Part shown: positions 49,301-59,712 of the stretch, piece by piece | Layout: each line of letters opens with the position of its first letter | How positions within the stretch are numbered: position 1 is the stretch's first letter | Assembly: GCA_030141605.1 (NCBI GenBank) | Contig: JAQGDQ010000082.1 | Span: forward strand, 434,001-498,000 | Direction: 5' to 3' | Source of the DNA: Tubiluchus corallicola | Taxonomy: Eukaryota > Animalia > Priapulida | DNA: 64,000 nucleotides | Notes under the pieces: model-generated | What the model was told of the DNA's origin: nothing | The model's input: only the letters and a program-made list of their open reading frames with translations | The model's database searches: none | Program-made: the position numbers and the translations under genes

Positions 49301-51229
49301 CAAGTTATTGCCAATAATGTGATGCAATTTAGTATGGAAAGACGAAGTCATAAAACTGGTAACCTGATAAGTAATTTTAGTTTACTCATTTAAAAATGAA
49401 AAACGTGTAACAATAGCAAGTAAAACACACGTAAAGACAAATATAAAATTAATCAAGAATTCATCATATTGTTGGAATGAATAATTATAGTGACTGCTTG
49501 TTAAAAGTGTTGCTAGTTACTACCTGCCTCACCAAAACTAAAACATAAACAAGAATTGTTGACGGAATCACTAGACTAACGTTATCAATAAAATACCGAG
49601 TTCTGTCATAGATGTTAAGAGAAAAATACCCAGAAGTTCTAAACTATGGTTCCATGAAACAATACAGCGCACAAAGCCTAGAAATATACAATAGTGCCAC
49701 TGCTGTATTTCTCTTCGTGTAATTTTAATCACAAGTGAAATGAAATTCTTTTCAATTGCTTTCATTATGACAATGATTAACAGTTCTCATATTTCAAAAA
49801 ATCTGAAGTCTGACTAGTCACGCGAAATTAAAGAAAATAATTCAACTTTATTATTTGAACTTAAGATTAATTAAATTTAGCAATGCACTAGTTAAACGTT
49901 GAAGTTGCACTTGTTTGCGTTATGGATTGAAAGAAATTATTTTAATACTTTTCTACAAAATGTCAATTTATAAAGGGGAACATTAGGTCAGACAATAGGA
50001 AATGACTTAGTGTGAAGTGAAAGCAATAAAAACAGTGCTAATTTCATTAAAAAAACAGTGAAACACCTGCTAAAAATGTTACTTACCACCAACATTTCGG
50101 AGGGCTCCAAAATGAGACACTCATTAGACCGGCGCCCTGAACTGGCGCTCCGCTTTCCAAAACTGAAAAAAAGAGACAACAATTAGCGAAATGTAATCAC
50201 TACCCCATTCACATTACAAACGTGTATCATCACTATAAGAAATATATAATTAGCATTAGCACAGCTGCCGGGAAGTAGAAGGTCTTGTGTTCAAGTCCAA
50301 GTGAAGGTGCAAAATTTTGTTTATTTTTCATGGTGTGAAACCAGAGAAGTATCACAAACATATGGCAATGATTACTACTCTGACTGCACTTTGGAAAGTG
50401 AAAGACTCACGGAAAGCAGAAGGTATGTGGTTCGAGTACCAGTGGATATGCAAATTTTTTTTCCAAACATTCTAATTTAGTAATGCTTTGGTGTAAGTAA
50501 ACGTGTAATGTCAGGAATAAAATGAATTACATGCACTCTACAAAGTCCACGTCATCAAACACCCTGTATGATCAGAGAAGCGCATTTTACAAGAGCAAAA
50601 CAAACGAGTTCTGCAGGCAAATTATACCAATTATTTAAAACCAGTTTTTACGAAGAGTTACAAAGCAATGCACTCAACATTATTAAATAAATTTATTATC
50701 AATCACTGTCTGGTGTCATACAGTAAACTTGTAAATTTTATTAATTTACTACACCACGTCTAAAAACCTGAATCCGCGGGGGATTTTTAGACAGATAAAA
50801 TAAAAAAATATCTGGGCGCACATCTCGGTATATTGTATTTATCAATGATAAACATGTAACAAGTACAAGTAAATAAACAGACAGATACAAAATTAATCAT
50901 CCGTCCAAACAGTGTTGCTGGAATGAATCACTTGTGTACTTAAGCTTGAGAAAACGAGCAAAGCCTGTGCTCAAGGTTAATAATGTTGAATTTAAATTGA
51001 TAAAATTCATGTTAAACACTATTTTACTCAGCACTAGCGTGAACGCTATAGTATTAGTAGTTGCATGTAAGTTGGAAACAGAACATTGATGACTCAAAAC
51101 TATGTAACCCTAAAAAATTAAATCGCATTCCTTAACAAAAATCAGTATTAGTGAATCTAGCTACCTGCTACACGTTGCATTGTCATCCTCATCAACAAAT
51201 ATTACATCCTCATCATCATCCGTATCCAT
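19325..51229 (-). CDS. RAPGEF2: Rap guanine nucleotide exchange factor 2/6 (PDZ-GEF, Dizzy-like), spliced; about 1351 aa using the 51165-51229 first exon
   Basis: 25 GT-AG exons join in frame (4056 nt including stop). Domain order: cNMP-binding, REM, PDZ, RA, CDC25 RasGEF, PPPNY motif, C-terminal -VSAV. The longest canonical N-terminal exons probably lie beyond the window end. Confidence 0.95.
19705..19912. repeat. Tandem duplication, two units of ~100 bp, in last RAPGEF2 intron
   Basis: aattatgaagcat...cttctgcactcc repeated head-to-tail, nearly identical apart from one substitution and a short indel. Confidence 0.92.
21105..21203. repeat. (CAT/CAC)n microsatellite
   Basis: Directly visible catcatcat tracts. 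Confidence 0.9.
21265..21438 (-). CDS. RAPGEF2: RAPGEF2 penultimate exon
   Basis: ...[14 protein letters not shown]...RSHSAED; PPxY-type motif; phase 1-1. Confidence 0.82.
23588..24085. mobile_element. Degenerate Tc1/mariner-derived element
   Basis: Ends agggtgtctcgaaagtc and gacttttgagacacgtt are imperfect inverted repeats in a TA-rich context. Confidence 0.6.
24279..24347 (-). CDS. RAPGEF2: RAPGEF2 short exon
   Basis: [22 protein letters not shown]; phase 1-1, GC-rich island with consensus splice sites. Confidence 0.75.
24448..24573. mobile_element. hAT-like MITE
   Basis: TIRs CAGTGGCATAGCTA / TAGTTACACCACTA; 8-bp flanks ACGAACTA / ATGAGCTA (6/8 match, transitions only), consistent with a decayed TSD. 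Confidence 0.65.
24738..25148. mobile_element. Tc1/mariner-like MITE
   Basis: TA|CAGGGTGTTCCACAAGAAACAGCGCA versus TGTGCTGTTTCTTTTGGGACACCCTG (23/26 inverted match); internal (ATATC/ATGTC)n. Confidence 0.85.
25343..25486 (-). CDS. RAPGEF2: RAPGEF2 exon
   Basis: SVASQDSG...[24 protein letters not shown]; phase 1-1. Confidence 0.85.
26613..26861 (-). CDS. RAPGEF2: RAPGEF2 exon
   Basis: [16 protein letters not shown]...[10 protein letters not shown]...SHTS; phase 1-1. Confidence 0.88.
26957..27122 (-). CDS. RAPGEF2: RAPGEF2 exon
   Basis: [16 protein letters not shown]...RRRHPSPT...GPKF. Confidence 0.93.
27747..27950 (-). CDS. RAPGEF2: RAPGEF2 exon
   Basis: DLCTMFE...[24 protein letters not shown]. 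Confidence 0.94.
29170..29307 (-). CDS. RAPGEF2: RAPGEF2 candidate cassette exon (46 aa)
   Basis: GC-rich, ttccag acceptor, GTAAGT donor, phase 0-0, open frame [15 protein letters not shown]...VKAKKRP. Confidence 0.65.
30598..30744 (-). CDS. RAPGEF2: RAPGEF2 exon (CDC25 domain)
   Basis: [19 protein letters not shown]...[13 protein letters not shown]...SAPY. Confidence 0.96.
31161..31372 (-). CDS. RAPGEF2: RAPGEF2 exon (CDC25 domain)
   Basis: [12 protein letters not shown]...[12 protein letters not shown]...[10 protein letters not shown]. Confidence 0.96.
31903..32002 (-). CDS. RAPGEF2: RAPGEF2 exon (CDC25 domain)
   Basis: [33 protein letters not shown]. Confidence 0.95.
32123..32287 (-). 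CDS. RAPGEF2: RAPGEF2 exon (CDC25 domain)
   Basis: [31 protein letters not shown]. Confidence 0.95.
32766..33008 (-). CDS. RAPGEF2: RAPGEF2 exon (RA domain)
   Basis: [17 protein letters not shown]...[10 protein letters not shown]...RYYLKNN. Confidence 0.95.
33563..33770 (-). CDS. RAPGEF2: RAPGEF2 exon (start of RA domain)
   Basis: SHSNPDL...[23 protein letters not shown]. Confidence 0.94.
34425..34563 (-). CDS. RAPGEF2: RAPGEF2 exon
   Basis: [42 protein letters not shown]; phase 1-2. Confidence 0.88.
34751..34930 (-). CDS. RAPGEF2: RAPGEF2 exon
   Basis: [11 protein letters not shown]...RREK; phase 1-1. Confidence 0.88.
35391..35630 (-). CDS. RAPGEF2: RAPGEF2 exon (PDZ domain)
   Basis: [43 protein letters not shown]...ITVKSNLL. 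Confidence 0.96.
36003..36183 (-). CDS. RAPGEF2: RAPGEF2 exon (REM domain)
   Basis: [17 protein letters not shown]...[13 protein letters not shown]. Confidence 0.95.
36431..36595 (-). CDS. RAPGEF2: RAPGEF2 exon (REM domain)
   Basis: [32 protein letters not shown]...RDK. Confidence 0.95.
36907..37129 (-). CDS. RAPGEF2: RAPGEF2 exon (cNMP-binding domain)
   Basis: [38 protein letters not shown]...GHIVIK. Confidence 0.95.
37626..37816 (-). CDS. RAPGEF2: RAPGEF2 exon (cNMP-binding domain)
   Basis: [23 protein letters not shown]...[11 protein letters not shown]...LGD. Confidence 0.95.
38347..38451 (-). CDS. RAPGEF2: RAPGEF2 exon
   Basis: [35 protein letters not shown]. Confidence 0.95.
40133..40354 (-). 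CDS. RAPGEF2: RAPGEF2 exon
   Basis: VPTELQ...[23 protein letters not shown]...DSDDEDD. Confidence 0.92.
41860..42005 (+). mobile_element. LINE 3' UTR remnant
   Basis: Stem-loop GGGTAGCTT...AAGCTACCC, then AATAAA and a TCTT(A)-type tail. Confidence 0.45.
44060..44260 (-). promoter_or_regulatory. Candidate internal RAPGEF2 promoter / non-coding first exon
   Basis: CpG/GC-rich patch with GCCAATC, CRE-like CACGTCAC and a minus-strand donor GG|GTGAGT at 44160. Confidence 0.45.
44957..45058 (+). mobile_element. tRNA-derived SINE head / tRNA pseudogene
   Basis: A box TGGTGTAATGG, B box GGTTCGACTCC, T-arm TGGG/CCCA, weak acceptor stem CTTCTGT/GTGGAAG, but the anticodon arm is disrupted by extra sequence. 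Confidence 0.6.
48185..48343 (-). CDS. RAPGEF2: RAPGEF2 exon
   Basis: [16 protein letters not shown]...NLELQ; phase 0-0, CAG|GTAAGA. Confidence 0.85.
48460..48615. repeat. (CT)n/(CA)n and pyrimidine-rich simple repeats
   Basis: Directly visible. Confidence 0.85.
50087..50162 (-). CDS. RAPGEF2: RAPGEF2 exon (end of N-terminal cNMP-like region)
   Basis: [26 protein letters not shown], resembles SFGK...CL.LEPSEM.V of RAPGEF2/6. Confidence 0.9.
50255..50460 (+). mobile_element. Two degenerate tRNA-derived SINE heads
   Basis: agaaggtcttgtGTTCAAGTCCaagtg and agaaggtatgtgGTTCGAGTACcagtg, each followed by tgcaaa and a T-run. Confidence 0.5.
51165..51229 (-). CDS. RAPGEF2: RAPGEF2 candidate alternative first coding exon (acidic)
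   Basis: acaATGG context; [21 protein letters not shown]; phase-2 donor AG|GTAGCT matches the phase-2 acceptor at 50162. Confidence 0.7.
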
Positions 51230-51299
51230 TGTTACAAATTACACAATTATTTCTGCTAAGAAGAATTTTCACTAAGAAGAAGTCTGACTAAAGCAGCAG

Positions 51300-51440
51300 A
51301 GTCAAGTGAGTCTAATCTAATCACGCTCAGGGAGCTAAAGTTAGTATAATGAATCACGACAGAACACAATTGCACAGGTACAGATAACCGGAAACAACGT
51401 CTGATGGCCGGAAGTAAGCAGCTGACGCAGAGGAAATTAG
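51300..51440 (-). promoter_or_regulatory. Candidate promoter for the acidic first exon
   Basis: ETS-like ACCGGAAA and GCCGGAAGT plus CRE half-site TGACG, about 160-200 nt upstream of ATG 51229. Confidence 0.5.
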
Positions 51441-54400
51441 AATTTGTACAAATCGTTCGGCAATTCTGCTAACGAAATAAAATTATCGAGTGATTATTTT
51501 TTCTCACATTGATTTATAGTTCCAATCTAAACACGAGATTCGGAAAAATCTAGTGAGATACATTTGTTTTTACCCCCAACTGATATCTTTAATGCAATAC
51601 GCATATATCTAAGTTTACAAAAGTTTTCGTCCTATTTTCAGAATACATATAATCATAAGATTAGGTATATAACTGCTTTGTTACTCCATAAGTTGTCCAT
51701 AAATATGGTTGCGACCGTCTTATTTTAAAACTTTAGCTATGACACAACAAAAACTATACAAATGAACTTTAACCCAAGTTTTGTACGAACACGATACCAA
51801 TTATATACTAAAGTACAATATTATATAGATAACTAGTGAGTAATTTTACAGTGCAAATGATGCAATGCATGATTCTGATTCATATCCCCTGTTAGATAAC
51901 ATTTTAAATTGCTGTTCTTCCCTTTCCCAATTTCCCCGCAAATGAATTGACATTTATCTTTACGTATTTAGGGCCTGGAGTAGGGAAATTCTCTGACACC
52001 ATCTCTGTGATTTGACGAAACTAAAAGACTAAAGTTGAGGACTTTACTTAACAACAATAAAGTTAGTACATGCATACTACATGTTGTTACAGAAGAAATA
52101 ATTCATTTGGTGCTCAAATTACAATATTGACATCCGCGTTATGACATCATAAAGACGTAAAAATACAATGATATTCGCGTAATTCCAATTTTCTTACCAT
52201 ATCACTTTGATTTTATGCATTCCTAGATATTTTCCTAGCATATTTCTAATGCACTGTTTTTCTGTAACATTCTGTACCAAACTGTAACCACTTAAAATGC
52301 GCCAAAAACCAAAAACAAAATGTGGCGCCCGTCTTTCAGAACATGTTTAAATTTAAGTCTAAACATTGAACCGGCTAATAAACTTGAAACAAGCACAAAT
52401 GCTATAAAAAGGTGTGACCAGGTGCAAATAATGTGGCAGTGCGTTACACTTGGTTTATTAAACTCACAACAAGCAAAACAATCAACAAAAACCCGCTCCC
52501 CGAAATGTACCTGCGGCGTGCGCCCAAATTACCTTGAGTGAAAAACAAGTTATCAGTTGCTATTTACTATTTGGCTACAGGATTTAGCATCAACCACAGG
52601 AATTTGAAACCTTCAGGCGGATTCTACTGAGCTGTAGCAGCATTTGTATACCTTGAATTAATGAGAAACATGATAATAAAATCAGTCACTATGAATATGT
52701 AATGCGCAATGCGTTGTGGATGCAATAAGCATAAAGCTCTTGCACAGTGCAATAAAATACAATAGATCTGCAATACAAGTAGACTGAATTTTTTTGAAAA
52801 TACCTCAATAAAATACAATATTTTCGAAACACAAGCAAAGACTAAAGAGCACAGAATGTTTCTGAAACTTATCTAAAACTGTTTCTACCCACGTCGACTT
52901 AACTGTATCTAATGAATAAATTTAAATTTTCCAATGAGAGATATAAAATCACTTAAAACTCCAAGGTAACTTCAAATGTGCATGTGGTTACCCTAATAGC
53001 GCAAGGTTCTGGTTTCACGTTCTGACTGATACACAGTTTTTCAGGTCTTCTTTCAGTTAATTAAGAATTAAGTTAATTGTTGTAACAATGATGCCTATTA
53101 AGACGTGGGTGTGCGTGTGTGTGTGTTTTTTGAAAATTTACAAGTTGCATTTAATTATGGTAACAAAATGCAACAATTATGAATTATATAAAATTATATA
53201 GGATGCATGCCACATAGATTTCTATTGATAAACCAGCTTTATTACTTTGTAATTGGTCCACAGGAAAGAATGAGAGGAACAGAGTTCAATCACCCTGAGT
53301 TTTCACACCAATCTTTCTTCATAAAAAGCAAACATAATTCTCATTCGGAAGACCACTACGGTAAAAGTTTCTTTAGATATCATTTTACATAAACCCCATT
53401 CGTCAATAGTCTAAGGCAATTACGAAAGTTCATTAATCGACACTGTATCGCCACTTACAACTCATTAAGTACCAGAATATCTCTAAGATCTACAAAAACT
53501 GCATTACCGATGCATATAACAATGCTTGCTGGACTGTCTTCGTGTTACACAGGGAACAAGGAGCTATGGTGTAAGAAGAATTCCTTGGTTGCTAGTTATG
53601 GGATAAGAATGTTGACATAAGAAGCTGGAAATGCTCGTATAGAGAAGATCATTGTTACAAACGGTAAGATTATGCAAGTCAGTGAACTTAAGATTTTCAG
53701 ATTATCAAAATGCGCACTGCCTAACAGAGTTCAATTTCATATAAAAAGTAAAATAAGCCCCTTCTCAGCAAAATAATTTAGACTCTTCCACTGGCTGCAT
53801 TAGAGTTTTCTGCGTAAGCAAGGTTTATTATATATTTTTTAAAGAAAACATTTCCAGCAAATTAACATACAGCGATGCGAGTAGGACGAGCCGCTAACGC
53901 TGAAATGAGTGAAAAAATTCAATAACGTTTGACTAACTTTTGAGCAAACCAATTGAACAGATTTCTACAGAATTAAACCCAATAAATTATTTGTCCCTGA
54001 CATATCAAATTTAATTGTTTGAAACCAGAGAGCCAACAATTCGGTTTCCTGCTGTTCATTAAGCAGCTAACAACATAAGCACTGCAAATTGCATTGTAGA
54101 AAACAAAACTGCATTGTACAGCCCGTTGAAAATGAGGAAATTAAACTTCTGCGCGTTGCATAATGACAAATAACTACACGTCGTAATTATCAGTGGAAAC
54201 CAATATATCTAGTTTCAAATCCCTCTAAAGTGAACACTGTCTCGTAGTGCTGCTCGCGTGACAATGATTTAAGTACATTTAAAAGCCGAAGAACTAGTTT
54301 TAAGCAATAGGCGGGATTACGGAATGCACAATAAGGGTTATTTTCGCAATAAAGATAACAAAGCGATTAACCACACAATGCATAAGAGTATTCACCTATA

Positions 54401-55700
54401 GCGGGTTTGTTCGACATTGTAATTTTTTGCTGTCGTTCTTTCGCACCGTTTATGTCATTCATTCGCTTTCTTACAATTAGTGAGCGCTCGGCTGAGATGA
54501 ACTCAGATAAAGCTTGAAGTCGCATTATTGAAACTACACCAGGAAGTAATAGATACCGTTAGGATAAAGCTATTTGTAAATGTACGTATAAAGTAATGGA
54601 GCTGAATGAATTGCAACATTTTTGCCTTATTTCTGCACATGCGCATTAAAGTTAGTATCAGAATATTAGATTGACCTATCACAAAATTTCAATCACAATA
54701 TCTGACAGCCAATTTTATCTCAATGCAAGTAGCGCTTACTACACCTACAATTGACATTTTGCAATTCGTATGTATGCACAGCATAAAAACATTGATATAC
54801 ATGTACTGGAATGCATGTTATATGACAGGCCATTGGAGTTGTCCGTTCCAAATTTAACATTATTTTTACATAATTGTGATGTCGTAATACAGAAGTCCTT
54901 TCGACATCATAATATGTATAATTCAAAGTATGAAATACTGATACAATATGATTTCTACTGCATTGTTTCTTTTGAAACACCTTGTAGTAACGCTAGTCAC
55001 AACACCGGGTGATAAATTAACTGATTACGCAATCAACAAAAGCGAACAGATAATATTTTAATACTTATTCAAAGCTCTCATTCTTGTACAAAAACAGGTA
55101 ATGAAAAAACACTGTAATTCATTGTACATGTATTATGCTTTATACAAAGCATCATTAAAAGCATAATACAATGCAATGTTTATAGCATTGTTTACAAACA
55201 ACTTTAACACTCTACGAATTTCTGCCTAGTTTGGGAGACAAATTCTAGTCGACAATAAAAACAAAAGGCTTATTCAATTCGAAAGCGATAAACGTCATCA
55301 ATTACAGGTGTTGGCGAGAAACAAATTCAAACCTTGATAACTAGAGCGCTGAAATGCCTAACAAAAGAACAATGCCTGCCGCTCAGTTACAGAACTAACG
55401 ATCGACTAAATTACACTTAATTTATACTACGCAATCCACGTGTTAATTATCCCACAAGGTTATTCGATTTAGTCAGTGCTCCGAAAAGAAAGCAAAACCC
55501 AACAAGCTACAGCAGCAGCTATTCCACCATTGAGCAGTTTCCGAAAATTGTTTCATGGCCAACGGTTGTGAAATTTAACGTAAAGATGCGAACTAGAAGT
55601 CTTCGTCAATGTATTCAGAACGACCAGGGATTTTTAATTCGCAACTCTTTCACTCTAGGATTTCGCACATTTCATACAGCTGACCGCCAACCCAGAAAAT

Positions 55701-55845
55701 CCGGGTGACTGGTAAAAAAGTCACGGAAAAAGTCACAATTTTTGTTAGAAAAAAGTCACAACTAATTATGGCTAGGGTTAAGGTTGGGATTAGGGTTATT
55801 TCTTTTTTCCTGCAACTTTTTTCTGTGGTTTGTAACTTTATTTTA
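55701..55845 (+). repeat. Small element with (AAAAAGTCAC)3 and degenerate TTAGGG-like tract
   Basis: aaaaagtcac x3, then ctagggttaaggttgggattagggtt, then degenerate inverted copies (gcaactttttt, gtaacttt). Confidence 0.55.
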
Positions 55846-58415
55846 TTCACACCCAATAGTAAAATACAGTCTACAATAAAAACAATATAATATAAAACAC
55901 GTTGGCAAAAAAAACATACAAATACTAATAGTAATAATTTGTTACCTCTGGATTGGAAAATTCAAATCCGACTAACTAATTAACCGAGATATACTTTGCC
56001 GCGTTTGAAGTTCGCTTGATTAAATACTGGGACGCACCAGACGCTTGTCGCTTGGCTCCCGGCTGCGAGGCCGGTTACATGAGGTCATAAACGTTGAACT
56101 CTCCCAGTATGACGAGATGGCACAAGCTCCATCAAGATGTTATTAAAATTAGAATAAGAAAACGGGTTGGTGATTCGAAAGAAATTTAAAACTGGCAAGC
56201 AAGCAGAGATGATGTCATCAGTCTGAAATGTAGCTACACGAGTTGAGGAAAAAATAACCGCTGGATGTGCAGACACCAACATGGTGCAATAAGGCTGCGT
56301 TCACACTTAAATAACTTTTAACGTAAATATATGTTAACAAGGTCTCAGTTCTGAGTAAGTGTTAAACGGTTGAATGTATTGCAACATTCATGGACAAATC
56401 AATAATCCTCAGACTATCATCGCCGCCATAGTCAGATTACATGGAACATGTGTAAAGTTTGCAAACTATATGGTCATATTTTAGAACAATAAGTACCCAA
56501 GAGTCTAAATTTTGGCCAACAAATTTGATCTAACTTCATTAATGTCATAACAGTGAAGAAAATCCTTATTTCGGGTCAAAAGTAACACTAAAATAGTAGA
56601 GAAACGATATACATAGAGTATATATGCAAATTAAAGCACTTAAAAATGTCATTGAAGGTGAAATCTTGGACAGAAGCAGGTCTATTCGCATTTTAACCGC
56701 CAAAAACCTTAACCGCATAATAACTTCTAAATTAAAATAATTACTGCATTTAAACTGTAGTTTCCATTTTTAGCAGTTAATGCTTAATGAAAGGTCGGTT
56801 ATGGACAATAGTTAAAGAACAAAACTGCCTCCGGGTTAAGATAAATACCAAAACGACGGAAACTAGCAAACTGAACCGGACTAGAATGACCTGGCTGGTG
56901 TAAATTAGGAAATTGAATGTTTCACGCACTATAATTAACTCAGTTTCTGTAAGTGAAAAGTAAACGTATTTAAAAATAAGAGAAACGTTTACAGAGGATT
57001 TCTTTTCTCCACTGTAAAACGTGCGCTTGTTAATAATAGCATAGTTCATGGGGTTGTCAAAGGGGAAATTTTGGAATTTGAAGAGGAAAACTGAGGCCTC
57101 ATATTGGTAGGCTCAAGCTGCTGGAATTCCAGATACTTACAGTCAAGTTCTAAAACCGTCCGACCACAGTTCTGTTGCTATTAGATTTCTAAAACCCTTG
57201 TAAAAATAACTCACGTAATTTTAAATCACTGAATTAGCCAATTTTGGAAAGCGGGATGACATCCCGAAACTGGGCCAAAAAACCTTGAGAGCCACTGGTA
57301 TAATTTCTTACTTTCCTAGTCCCACAGAGTCACCCCACGAAAGTACGATAACTGCAATTTTGTGGTATAGTGGATTTCATTTATTTTTTAGAAATTTCAT
57401 TGAGCCAAATTACTTAGGGATTTTCTGTGTGGAAGTGAATATGTTGGTTGGAGCATCAGTCGCAGAACTTTTCTTTAAAATGCAACTGAAAAAATTCGGT
57501 ATAACATCTACACAATATATTAGCTTCGCTAGAAATCTGAAAGTTCATCGCCGCCACCGCCATCAGTTTTATATTGTAAAAGCGACGAGACTATATTTTA
57601 ACAGCCCAGATCCATTCAGTGCTGATAAGAATGCTGAACGTGTGTTCACTACTCTAAGATGTGAGACTTAATTAAGGCCACTTCAATACTGTCAGAGGTG
57701 GATACTTGAGAAGTCAAGTGTTGTACCCGCCGAGAGTACATGTCTTACATACGTAAACAATGAACCCCATCGTCAAAGGTTCAGGGAACTCAGAAGGAAA
57801 ATCTTTAGCTCTCGAGTAATAACGTAAGGAAGAGGGTTTTATTGACACAAAGATCATCAGTAATGTAGTGACCAGGTTTAGTTTTGGCTTTCGGTACATC
57901 CTCACAATTTAAAAAAGTCATCATAACTTCAGCAATATGAACACATCTGCAGAATAACATCAGTAAAATGAAGGCATCTTATGTTTCCATTTTATTGCAG
58001 ATAGATGGCTGCACATGTTTAGCATAACATAACAATGTCAACTCACTGATGGCGCCATCTATACTCAATGCAAATATATGTATTACAAAAGTAAAGTAAC
58101 TTAGTATATCTTTGCAAAAAATGCATCTGGAATGTAAAAAGAAAGTGAGTTGCTTGCGGAAAGTTTGAAAGATCCATTAAAAATACCTTTTTCTGAAAAA
58201 AGACAAGAATTACTTTTCAGTTTTCAGTAGCAAAACCTTCTCTGGCATAATTAAGAAAAAACCGGTTTAGAATTGCGTCAGTTATTAATTAATGCTATAG
58301 CTGATCATACTTCTAAAATATTTTCAATAATTATGCAAAATAAAACATAGATTATACATTTGAGTATTAATAATAACTCAATAATAATGATGCTAATGGT
58401 GATGCTGCTGCTGAA

Positions 58416-58461
58416 GATGACGACGACGACGACGACGACGATGATGATGATGATGATGATG
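58416..58461. repeat. (GAC)n(GAT)n compound microsatellite
   Basis: Directly visible. Confidence 0.9.
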
Positions 58462-59068
58462 TGTCTGGAATCGAATTAACTAACCTAACGTTTACTAGAA
58501 ATTAAAAGCAGCAGCAACAAGTAACAAAAATCTGAATTACATTTTCTCAAGGTCAGAACTGTTACACATTCGCTCTGGTGACAGCTGATAGCGGCTTTTA
58601 TGTCATTCACTAGCATTTTGTTCAAGGCACATATAATAGGAACAACGCCTAACCGTTTTTGCATGCCTTTAAATCAAGTATTCGTTTGCATTTTCTCAAG
58701 GAATTCAAAGGGAGAGAGATGGGCCTAAAGGGCAATTCATTGAGGGAGTTTACTACCCGACACTTTGGCGATCATGATCCATTAGCGACACGCAGGTGAA
58801 GAGCGTCTGTGGGAAGAAATCTGCATTATTCAGGAGCGCATCTCCTTTAACAACAATTATACTTCACAGCTGGAGTTTTTTACGCTTTTTTAATCACCAG
58901 ATGCACATGGGCTTACTGTAGTACACCTATAAAGGAAAGTATGCAAAGTTTCTATACCCGAGCACACTGCATAAAGGTTTTTCGCAAAAAGACACCGTTT
59001 GAAAGATTTTCTCAACATTTGTCGTAATTTCTAATAAAACCAATAGAAATTGTGATGTCACATAAGAT

Positions 59069-59147
59069 AAGAACAGATCATCATAATTTCTTCATTTTTC
59101 CAGTTACAAAGAACAGATCATTATCATTTCTTCGTTTCTCCAGTTAC
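59069..59147. repeat. Two-copy ~40 bp tandem repeat
   Basis: aagaacagatcat...tttcttc...tccagttac twice. Confidence 0.85.
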
Positions 59148-59610
59148 TGCGTAAGCATCAAAATTGAAGATTCACTTTTAGTAGGTTACTGGATCAGTCA
59201 AACATATTTTTAATTGGTCTGTTAAACTAAGACAGATTCCCAAACAGAAGCAAAACTGACAACTACAATGATGTAATGACGCTTCACACGCAAAACCATA
59301 AACTTTCACCTTTCTTTTAAATTCCTTTTAAAATATGACTTGACATCTGCAAAGTTTATTTACATGTTTTATTAATCTGCTTTCAAGTGGTAAGTATTAA
59401 TGTCATCATCACCAGTCTTAACAGAGATTTTCATATTTTGAGGGCTGGTAAGTTCAATCAATAAATGCCTTTTACTTTTAATAATGCAAAGAAGAAATAT
59501 ATTACATTATTTTGTTATAGCATGAGTTTGGAAACCAATGTTTTGCGTTATAAAATGGGAAAGAAAAAGGAGTGAAAAATAAGAGTGGAAAACAATCAAC
59601 AGAGTAGGGG

Positions 59611-59639
59611 AGATAGAGACGAGAGAGGAGAGAGAGACG

Positions 59640-59709
<70 letters not shown>
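59611..59709. repeat. (AG)n microsatellite
   Basis: Directly visible, with more than 60 bp of pure AG. Confidence 0.95.

Positions 59710-59712
<3 letters not shown>

Noticed and set aside
57285-57671. 128-aa plus-strand ORF
   Set aside because: TTG start, no recognisable motif or splice support.
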